A DNA stretch of 13,533 nt, taken from NCBI GenBank assembly GCA_938091905.1, contig CALKOM010000081.1, positions 1-13,533 on the forward strand, given 5' to 3'. Made by a program: the position numbers and the translations under genes. The DNA comes from an uncultured Verrucomicrobiales bacterium (GTDB lineage: Bacteria; Verrucomicrobiota; Verrucomicrobiia; Verrucomicrobiales; DEV007). Position 1 is the first letter of the stretch. Every line of letters begins with the position of its first letter. Of the stretch, positions 1 through 7,554 are shown one piece after another. Under the pieces are notes generated by a model. It had not been told where the DNA came from and did no database searches. It saw nothing but the letters and a program-made list of their open reading frames with translations.

Positions 1-3000
1 TCGTTTGCGATACGAAGCCGCAGCTGTCGATCGTCCTCGGCAACCACGACGCCCGAGAAGAATCGACCGTCCTTGGTGTGCACCATGCGCATCTTGTAGT
101 CGTCCTGGACGATGGCGCTCGGCGTCAGGATGTTGCTGAGAAGGTACTCGAGGTCTGTTCGATTTGCCCCGGTGAGGTCCGGTCCGATCTTGCCGCCTTC
201 ACCGTGCATTTGATGACACGCGGCGCACCTTTGCTTGAAAACCTCGTGACCGCGACCTCGGTCGGCTTTGTCCAGGGCGTCGCCCGTCAACAGGGCGCGC
301 GTCTTCGCAAGCGCGACCTGCTTTTCGGGAGTCAGGGTCTCGACGGGCCCCCAGATTTCGAGGAATCGATTGCCGACGACGCGGAACAAGATGCGCGCGA
401 CGTAGGACGGCACGTCGCTCCGGGGAACGTCGCCGTCCTGAATGGCCTGCGTGAGTCTGGCACCGTATCCGGGTCGTGACGCCATGGCGTGTACCACTTC
501 CAGCCTGTCTTCGGCACCCCAGTCGGAATAGCGATCGAGGAGCGCTTTCCCGAGCTCATCATCATCGAACGCTGCCATGGCGCGGATCGCGTCACGTCGC
601 AGGCGATCGTCGTCAAGGAGCGTGAGCAGCGAGGGCTTGATTGCCTCTGTCTGTCGATCAGCCAGACCGCGCAGCGCCCGCCGGCGATCGGCGATATCGG
701 CCTCCTGACTCTTGAGCGTTTCGAGAAGCGCCCTTGCCGCGATCTCGTCACCAAACTTGAGGGAGATTTCCAGAGCGATCGGCGCCGAGGCGTCATCGCT
801 GTCGTGCAGTTGGTCGTAAACGGTTGCCCAGTTCGCGGGTGCCTTGACGTCGTATTGGCCATCGAGTCCGTCTCGCATGCCCAAGAGCAGGACGTTCCGC
901 GCCTCCGCGTTCCGGCCGATCTCCTCGACAAGCTCCGTGAGCGTTCCCTCCGCCGTGAGTCGACGGGCGATGTGACGGGTCACCATCGGTATGCGGGAAC
1001 GATTGGCCAGCTCGAGTGCGCGTACGGCATTCTCGGCAACCACCGACTCGATGCCGAACCAGATCAGGTTCGGGATGTTGTGATCGTCCGCGTCTTCCTC
1101 GTGCGCGACCAGATGGTTCGCGATCGGCCAACGCGACTCGGGGCCCATGCGCTGCAAGGCCGAGGCCAGGTAGAGTCGCACGACCGGTGACGGATCGTTG
1201 CTTGCCAGGGCGACGAAACGCTCGAGTGCGGTGTTCGACGGCGACCGGTCCTCGCAGAGCAACTGAATCGCCCAGGCGCGGATGATGTCTTCGCGATCCG
1301 CGAGCGCCACGAGCAGGTCGCTCTCATCGAGGGCACTCGTGACGTGAAGCGCCCACAGCGCGCGCAGGCGGTGGTCCACGTTCGTGTCGTCGAGGAAGAT
1401 CTTCTCGAGCGCCGCGGTCGTGGCGGGATCGATGTTGTCGTCCGCCGCGCGAGCCTGCAGAATCACGCGAGCGCGTCGCGCGTGCCAGGCACTTGGACTC
1501 CGCTGAAGCTCGACGAGGTCTCCGTTACTCATGATGCCGAGATCCCGGTAGCGTCCGTCCCAGTCTTTCGCCTGTGATTCGGTCGGCAGGATTCGATAGA
1601 CACGGCCGCTGCTCGTCGTCCGGGGTGGACCGCCACAGATTTCGGAGTCGTGCCAGTCGAGAACGTAGACGGCGCCCTCGGGGCCGACTTGCGTGCTGAA
1701 GCCGACGAACTGAGCGTTGTTGGCCAGCATGAAATCGTCTCCGTGACGACCGACGAAACCCGAGCCCTTCGGCTCGAGGATATCGGTCAAGACGGAGTGC
1801 TCGTGAATGTTGTTCATGAACAGCTGGCCGCGGTACTTCTCGGGAAAGGCGTCGGACTGGTAGACCTGCGCGCCTCCGTGAGCGGACCGGTGGCGGTGAT
1901 CCGCGATCGTGCGAAGGGGACTGTAGACGTGCGGGTTGTAGTGGCTGCCCGACTGGCGCAGGTAGATGCCGCCGGGGACCACGTGCCAGAGATGAGGAAT
2001 GACGCAGGCCGTGATGAAGAACTGGCCCCGAGCATCGTAATCGATGCCCCAGGGATTGCTGAACCCGTGCGCGACGACCTCGAAGCGGTCCTTGACCGGG
2101 TGGTAACGCCAGACGCCGCCGTTGATGTCCTGGGGTTCGCCGTCGTACTCGAACGCCACCTCTTTCCCGCCGCCTGGCGGGACGACCGCGAAGAAATCGA
2201 AGTAGTTCGACGCGAGCATCTTCGCAGTGACCGTGAACACCGCCTTACCGCTCGACGTGTCAAGACTGTCATTATCATCAACCACGGCGCCCGCTACGCC
2301 AAAACCGATCTCGACGTGTTTGAGTTTCGACAGGTCGACCTCTTCGCCGTCCTCTCCGAACGCCGTCACCGTGACCTTGTCGCCCGCCTTCACCTCTGTG
2401 GGCAGCTTGAGGCAGAACTGACCCGGTTTGTCGGAGAAATTGCCGCCCGCGGCGAACGCAGCAGCCACCGTGTCGAACGGCGCGTCCTGTTCGGGATGGG
2501 CTAGAACGGTTGATACTTCCCCGGAAACGCCTTCATTCGAAGCGTCGAGGCGGTACTCGCGACTTCGTCCGGCAGGCTTTCCGACGCGCGAGGGTGTGAA
2601 CACTCCCTGGCAACCGTAGAGCCAGCCGTCCGGTCCCCAGTGAAAGCTGTTGAGGATCTCGTGCAGATCGTCCTGCCCCCAACCCGTCAGGCGGACTTCG
2701 ATGTCCTCGACGTCTGCGCGGTCGTCACCATCACGATCAGGAACGAACAACAGATTCGGAATCGAGCCGAGCCAGAGCCCGCCGAAGCCAACGGCGATGG
2801 CGGATGGAAACGAAACGTCTTCGAGGAAGACGGTGCGCTTGTCGGCCACGCCATCGCGGTCGGTGTCCTCGAGGATCAAGATCCGACTATCGCCCGTGAA
2901 GCCCACACCGCCTCCGATGCCCTTGTACTCGTGGTTCTGAGCGATCCACAGGCGACCGCGATCATCAAAACAGAAGGCCATGGGTTGAGTGATCATGGGT

Positions 3001-4076
3001 TCGGAGGCAAACGCTTTGACCTCGAACCCCTCGGTGATCGTCATCGCCTCCACCGACTTCTCGGGCGTCAGAAACTTGGCTCGATAGGCCTCTCTTACCG
3101 TTTCCATGTCCGCGAGGTCCCACTGGGCGAACTGATCGAGTTCAGCAAGGTCCCACTCGGCATCGGTGACGCCGGTCCGGTTTCCACCGGCATACTGGGA
3201 CCACATGGCCGTCACCGCGACGTCTGTTAGTTCGCCAGTGTAAACAACCAGTCGATGTCGAGCCTGTGCCGTCTCGCCGTTGGCAATCTTCCAGTCGCCC
3301 AGTCTTGCGCGCACGGGGCCGACGCCAAACCCTCCGTCGACACGCCACGGTTGCGGATAGCCCGGGTTGTCGGGGTGATCGAAGATGGCAATGTGAGCCC
3401 GGTCGTCCCGACCTTCCACTTGCATACCGATGTCCAGCCACACCGCGCGATTTCCCTCGGCGCGCTGATCGAACTGTCGAATGCTGTTGCGAACCCTAGC
3501 ATTCATGCCCTCGTTCCAGGGCATGCGCAAGAACAGGCCACCGTAGTCGTCCTCACCGATGGTGACATCCGTGAGCGCGGTGCCGCTCCAGTGCAAATCG
3601 AGTATGTAGCTGCTGTCTTCTTGCTCGCGCATCGTCCAGGTCTGCGTCTGGCGCAGGACGGCCTCGCCATCTTCACCGAGCAAGTCATAGACCGTTTGCC
3701 ACTGGGCAGCGGTGTCGGGCTCACTCGATTCGGACTTGAGCGCCGTGACCGAAACACGGCGCCAGTGCTCCGCTCCCGGATTGTGGAAGAAATCCCGGCC
3801 GTTAACGCGCGTGAATCCCCAGTAGAGGCCGGTCTGGTGAGGGTTGTCGCCATGGCTGGCCCGGGTCAGTTCGCCGCGGCCATCCGGCGCGACGATGGGA
3901 TGAATGAATGGCCGAAAGTCCGAGCGTGCGTTCTGCGTCAGAATCGGCTGCTCCTCTCCCGCGCGAAAGACCGAAAGAGTTTCCGCCGTATCGTCCTGGC
4001 GAATCTCCAACGGCGCTGCCAGGACAGTCGATGAGGCGAGAAGCAAGATTAATGGAATAAAGCTAGAGCGTTGCAT
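1..4076 (-). CDS. Secreted multidomain PVC-type heme-binding (CxxCH) putative dehydrogenase with N-terminal PF14100 'PmoA'/DUF6807-like domain; 3'-truncated by the window edge
   Basis: Translated by hand; absent from the ORF track because it has no stop in the window. The frame is open from ATG 4076 (alternative in-frame ATG 4106) to the left edge. Signal peptide MQRSSFIPLILLLASSTVLA. PmoA/DUF6807-like motifs RPFIHPIVAPDG, PHQTGLYWG, YGGLFLRMP and FDHPDNPGYPQPWR at ~3200-4010. PVC dehydrogenase propeller motifs FASEPMITQPMAFCFDDRGRLW, EDTDRDGVADK, WGPDGWLY, HGFSNPWGIDYD and GPEGAVYVLDWHD at ~1590-3075. HEAT-like helical repeats (RLRALWAL, DPSPVVRLYLASALQR). Heme site CAACH at 213-227, followed by GGKIGPDLTG and YLLSNILTPS. 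Confidence 0.9.
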   Translation of the reverse strand, partial: MQRSSFIPLILLLASSTVLAAPLEIRQDDTAETLSVFRAGEEQPILTQNARSDFRPFIHPIVAPDGRGELTRASHGDNPHQTGLYWGFTRVNGRDFFHNPGAEHWRRVSVTALKSESSEPDTAAQWQTVYDLLGEDGEAVLRQTQTWTMREQEDSSYILDLHWSGTALTDVTIGEDDYGGLFLRMPWNEGMNARVRNSIRQFDQRAEGNRAVWLDIGMQVEGRDDRAHIAIFDHPDNPGYPQPWRVDGGFGVGPVRARLGDWKIANGETAQARHRLVVYTGELTDVAVTAMWSQYAGGNRTGVTDAEWDLAELDQFAQWDLADMETVREAYRAKFLTPEKSVEAMTITEGFEVKAFASEPMITQPMAFCFDDRGRLWIAQNHEYKGIGGGVGFTGDSRILILEDTDRDGVADKRTVFLEDVSFPSAIAVGFGGLWLGSIPNLLFVPDRDGDDRADVEDIEVRLTGWGQDDLHEILNSFHWGPDGWLYGCQGVFTPSRVGKPAGRSREYRLDASNEGVSGEVSTVLAHPEQDAPFDTVAAAFAAGGNFSDKPGQFCLKLPTEVKAGDKVTVTAFGEDGEEVDLSKLKHVEIGFGVAGAVVDDNDSLDTSSGKAVFTVTAKMLASNYFDFFAVVPPGGGKEVAFEYDGEPQDINGGVWRYHPVKDRFEVVAHGFSNPWGIDYDARGQFFITACVIPHLWHVVPGGIYLRQSGSHYNPHVYSPLRTIADHRHRSAHGGAQVYQSDAFPEKYRGQLFMNNIHEHSVLTDILEPKGSGFVGRHGDDFMLANNAQFVGFSTQVGPEGAVYVLDWHDSEICGGPPRTTSSGRVYRILPTESQAKDWDGRYRDLGIMSNGDLVELQRSPSAWHARRARVILQARAADDNIDPATTAALEKIFLDDTNVDHRLRALWALHVTSALDESDLLVALADREDIIRAWAIQLLCEDRSPSNTALERFVALASNDPSPVVRLYLASALQRMGPESRWPIANHLVAHEEDADDHNIPNLIWFGIESVVAENAVRALELANRSRIPMVTRHIARRLTAEGTLTELVEEIGRNAEARNVLLLGMRDGLDGQYDVKAPANWATVYDQLHDSDDASAPIALEISLKFGDEIAARALLETLKSQEADIADRRRALRGLADRQTEAIKPSLLTLLDDDRLRRDAIRAMAAFDDDELGKALLDRYSDWGAEDRLEVVHAMASRPGYGARLTQAIQDGDVPRSDVPSYVARILFRVVGNRFLEIWGPVETLTPEKQVALAKTRALLTGDALDKADRGRGHEVFKQRCAACHQMHGEGGKIGPDLTGANRTDLEYLLSNILTPSAIVQDDYKMRMVHTKDGRFFSGVVVAEDDRQLRLRIAN

Positions 4077-4164
4077 TCTGCGGGGAACCTTGAGGGCTAC
4101 TTTCATGATCTTGTCTCGTTTCTGTGGAAACTCATTACCTAACGGATATTTCACTAACATGGAA

Positions 4165-7100
4165 TTAATTCACGGGCACGTCGGCGCGAACCCTGACAAA
4201 GCGCTCCGTCCAAACCGCGTCCTTGGTCAATTGCAACACACGGTAGCGACGGATCTCGGTGGAAGCGTCAGGGCCAGGAAGCGGGTCGAGCACACTAAGA
4301 GCTCTTTCGTCAACCAGCGTCCAACCGTCCAACGTCCGCCCCGTCTCCAGCGCAACGTCCTCTGCCACACCCACGCGATGGGAGATACCAAAGATCGGCA
4401 ATCCATCCTCTTGAGCCTCCACGGTGAGACTTGGCGTCGACGAAGGATCGGTGGGATCGCCCCCCATGACATATTCCAAGTAGTTGGCAAAGTCGTCACC
4501 ATCAGCATCTTCGTTAGGGCCAGTGAGCGTCACCCCAGCCTCAAAGGCGGACGCACTCCAAGAGACATAGGTCAGCGCACCGCCACCAGGGTTCTCTCCC
4601 CCGCTGCCCGCACCCGCCGGGGAATCTTCTGCCGTGCTTGCCCGCCAGCTGGCTGGCACGTTGGAATCTGTTCCCGCACCAGGCTCACGGAGAACCAGAT
4701 ACGCACCGTCGCCATCCGTGCCGGTCGGCCACGCGTCATTGTCATTGAACGCGAAGTCCGCCACCGTCGTCCCGTCAGATTCCAACAAGAGTCGCTCTCC
4801 GTCATTCGAGAGACTTCCCTCGTAGACACCAGCCACGGTAAAGTCGGCACCGTAGCGGGCCGCGAAAGCTTCCTGGTTCTTGACCAGAAACACCGTCGCA
4901 CCGGCAGCCACTTCCATCACCGCCGCTTGGTCGAAGTCAAACCGAATACCATCGATCAATTTCAGCCCCAGCAGACTGACATTAGCGGCACTGACATTGG
5001 ACAAACCAATGAACTCAAAATCCTTCCGTGAGAACCCCGCCGCTTTCTCCTCATCGCTGGCGCCGGCAGGATGGTAGTTGATAAGATTGACCGCGAGATT
5101 CTCCGCCGTGGCGGGCACCGCGCCGATGACGAAGGTGGCTTCGACCAAGGCCGACCATTCTTTCGTCCCAAGGAGGCGCACCTTGACCGTGGTCGTTTCC
5201 TCAAGCGCTATGGGATCGGCGTACTTGATGGCAGCGTCCGAGAGATCGCCTCCTGGCAAACGGGGATCGGAACCATCCGTGGTGTAGTAGATGACCCCTC
5301 TAGCAAAGATAGATTTCTTGATCTTCACCGCATGCCCAGAATCAAAGTGGCCGCCATGATCCTCAAACCTGGGAAGGTCTACATCGCTAAAGAGCCCACG
5401 ATTCTCAAACTGCTCCACCGCAATGTCAGGGCGATTGACAAAGTAATCCGTCGTGAGGCGATCCCGCTCCGCGTCCCAGTCCTCTTTCGTATGCGGCGTG
5501 GCAGTAGCCGCATCCCCCCACCGCGCAGACTCCAGGATCACCGCACGATCGATCTCATCTGTCCGGCGCTTGTAGATTCGCAAGAGACCTTCCGTGGACA
5601 TCACACCGCCGTTGTAGAAATGCTTGTAGATCGCGTCAGCAAAGCGGATGCGATACTCGGGATTCTTGCTCAGACTCTGATGAATCCCCGTAGGTCCAGG
5701 ATTGTTGATCGCATCACTCAAGTCATCATTCAGACTTTGGAAAACCTTCTCCGCGTCCCAGGAGTGGAAGCGCCATTTCCCATCGAGAGGGCTCAGACTC
5801 GCATAGTAGTTCTTGTGCCCCCAATCCCCATTGCCAAGCCCCACATTGATTAAGATGTAAGAGATGAAGTCATCGATATCCAGTTGCGCCTCGATCTGCG
5901 CATAAACGTCAGGATCATCCGCGTCCTCCGCTAGGCTATTCAGGTCGCGGTAGGCCCTGATCGCGCTGCCACTGACACTCACGCCACCATTTCCAGGATC
6001 GCCGTGACGGGTCACCACCCAATCTTCCCGTTCGCCACCTTGATAGGACGCATTGAACGCATCGTCTGGACGTTCATGAATATTGTACATGCCCCAGAAG
6101 ATTCCATTCACAAAGGTGTAAACGTAGCGGCCGTGCGGGCTGAACCCGCCCATAGCGCGATGCAAATCCGCCGCCGTCTGATCTCGCAAGTACTGCGCCC
6201 ACTCACGCTGCTGCGCCGGGATAGCGGGGCCATCGTAGGCCCAAGTATTGTTGTGCCGCGCATCGACCGTGAGCGTGTTGAATTCTTCCACCGCTGTCGG
6301 ATCATCGTAAAGCGGATAGCGCAAGCTGCCGGGGCCATACTCCTTATTGAAACGCAAGCGCATGGAGAGCTTCTTGATCTTCCAGCGCGCGGGACTCGAC
6401 TGCCCCACGATCCGCACGCCACAATCAATCTGAAAACCTTCTTTCCCATCAGGATGCAGCAGTTCCGCCGAAGCCGGAATATCGATCCCATCCTGCCCGA
6501 TCTTCCCCGGATAGATCCCCTTGTTCAGAGAGAAGAACTGCTCGGGCTCCACCGTAATGGAGAGCGCCGGAAGCGTTTTTAGATCTTCCACGAGGGTGTC
6601 TTTCCAACGCGCATCCTCCGTGACGCGTGGGTCCATTTCATAGTCCGCGCCCGTGCCTCCCCAGGTGTCTCCCCATTCATCGATCAAGTGGTCACCCGTT
6701 TGCTTCGGCACATCCGCTAGGAAGAGATACGTTTGCGTGTCAATGTTAGACGCCCTGAAACCATCCTTCAACGCGATGGCGCGTAAGGTCGTCGTCGTAT
6801 CAATCGTGATGGGTCCCGTGTAGACCTCTCCAATAACTCCCGTGAAGACAGTTTCCTTTGAAGGCTTGCGACCGTCGGTCGTATAAATGATCCTAACATC
6901 GTCCGTGGCCGTCGTGATTTCCACTTGGAACGCCTCCTCGAAGTAGCCACGGTCCACGCTAAACTTCGTGTCTGCGACAAATCCGAACACACCGTTGGTC
7001 CCATTGGCCTCTCCAGGCGTCGGTGACTCAAAGTAGAACGGATCGGAACCCGCCAATCCATAAGACACATCCGTTCGCTGAGGTGGGTAGGCCTCAAAGG

Positions 7101-7479
7101 CGGACACCACGGCGCCATTGCTGCCAGTCAGCGCCAGGTAACCACCCTCTCGGTTCAACCTGAAGTTCGTGTGCAGATCCGCAGCCACATCTTTAAGATC
7201 ATCACCGGAGGCGAAGACCACGAGGAAGGCGCCGGGAGCCAGATCGACCGCTGGGATCGCCCAACGCTGCGGCTGCTCCGGATCATCCGTGAGGTGATAG
7301 CCCGCAAGGTTGATCGCTGCGTCGCCCGTATTCTGAATCTCGATCCAGTCTTCCGTCTTGTCGTCGGCCGTCGCAAGATTCTGCGCGTTGGAAGCAAGGA
7401 ACTCAGAGATGATCGGCGACGCTTTTGAGTTCGCGACAAGTGCCGCCAGAGCTAAAGCAAGGGTAAAAAGACGTTTCAT
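4165..7479 (-). CDS. Secreted lamin-tail-domain / CotH-kinase-family multidomain protein (LTD, Fn3-associated/CHB_HEX_C-like, CotH, Fn3-associated, LTD, C-terminal domain)
   Basis: 1104-aa ORF. Signal peptide MKRLFTLALALAALVANSKA. LTD motifs IISEFLASN, DWIEIQN, YHLTDD and HTNFRLNREG. Two IxYTTDGxxP modules. CotH motifs WGMYNIHER, NGDWGHKNYY, WDAE and ESARWGD. Second LTD (INYHP, FEFIGLSN, LSNDGERL). Gly-rich linker, then a YxxW...DADGD...NYLEY...DP...FVRV C-terminal domain. Confidence 0.88.
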   Translation of the reverse strand: MKRLFTLALALAALVANSKASPIISEFLASNAQNLATADDKTEDWIEIQNTGDAAINLAGYHLTDDPEQPQRWAIPAVDLAPGAFLVVFASGDDLKDVAADLHTNFRLNREGGYLALTGSNGAVVSAFEAYPPQRTDVSYGLAGSDPFYFESPTPGEANGTNGVFGFVADTKFSVDRGYFEEAFQVEITTATDDVRIIYTTDGRKPSKETVFTGVIGEVYTGPITIDTTTTLRAIALKDGFRASNIDTQTYLFLADVPKQTGDHLIDEWGDTWGGTGADYEMDPRVTEDARWKDTLVEDLKTLPALSITVEPEQFFSLNKGIYPGKIGQDGIDIPASAELLHPDGKEGFQIDCGVRIVGQSSPARWKIKKLSMRLRFNKEYGPGSLRYPLYDDPTAVEEFNTLTVDARHNNTWAYDGPAIPAQQREWAQYLRDQTAADLHRAMGGFSPHGRYVYTFVNGIFWGMYNIHERPDDAFNASYQGGEREDWVVTRHGDPGNGGVSVSGSAIRAYRDLNSLAEDADDPDVYAQIEAQLDIDDFISYILINVGLGNGDWGHKNYYASLSPLDGKWRFHSWDAEKVFQSLNDDLSDAINNPGPTGIHQSLSKNPEYRIRFADAIYKHFYNGGVMSTEGLLRIYKRRTDEIDRAVILESARWGDAATATPHTKEDWDAERDRLTTDYFVNRPDIAVEQFENRGLFSDVDLPRFEDHGGHFDSGHAVKIKKSIFARGVIYYTTDGSDPRLPGGDLSDAAIKYADPIALEETTTVKVRLLGTKEWSALVEATFVIGAVPATAENLAVNLINYHPAGASDEEKAAGFSRKDFEFIGLSNVSAANVSLLGLKLIDGIRFDFDQAAVMEVAAGATVFLVKNQEAFAARYGADFTVAGVYEGSLSNDGERLLLESDGTTVADFAFNDNDAWPTGTDGDGAYLVLREPGAGTDSNVPASWRASTAEDSPAGAGSGGENPGGGALTYVSWSASAFEAGVTLTGPNEDADGDDFANYLEYVMGGDPTDPSSTPSLTVEAQEDGLPIFGISHRVGVAEDVALETGRTLDGWTLVDERALSVLDPLPGPDASTEIRRYRVLQLTKDAVWTERFVRVRADVPVN

Positions 7480-7554
7480 GGTTCAGGTGTGTCACGAACA
7501 GTAGGGGTTGAGCTCATCGACCTGCCAGGAGCTGATCTTTATGGCCTGGCTCGC

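Noticed and set aside
2160..2549. Intein interpretation of the in-frame insert (CLKLPTEV at 2391-2414 faintly resembles intein block A)
   Set aside because: The Cys is in the middle of the insert, there is no block B TxxH, and there is no terminal HN/HQ followed by C, S or T. A Hint-domain HMM search would settle it.
3200..4010. Reading the 'PmoA' domain as particulate methane monooxygenase
   Set aside because: The domain is soluble with no transmembrane helices, and there is no pmoB or pmoC. The PF14100 name does not imply true pMMO.
78..4034. Long plus-strand ORFs (78-479, 489-1190, 1650-2504, 2640-3230, 3255-4034) and short alternative-frame minus ORFs
   Set aside because: The plus-strand ORFs are codon-aligned antisense shadows of the real minus-strand gene, as expected in GC-rich DNA. 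None has recognisable motifs.
3904..7428. Plus-strand ORFs such as 3904-5031, 5071-5853 and 6004-6582
   Set aside because: They are antisense to the well-supported CotH/LTD gene, Arg-rich, and lack family motifs.
4165..7479. Sporulation gene cotH
   Set aside because: The multidomain secreted architecture and the absence of any sporulation context indicate a CotH-family kinase domain rather than a spore-coat ortholog, so no symbol is given.
7524..7550. GCCAGG/CCTGGC inverted repeat after GH32 paralog B as a terminator
   Set aside because: It has only a 6-bp stem with a 15-nt loop and no U-tract.
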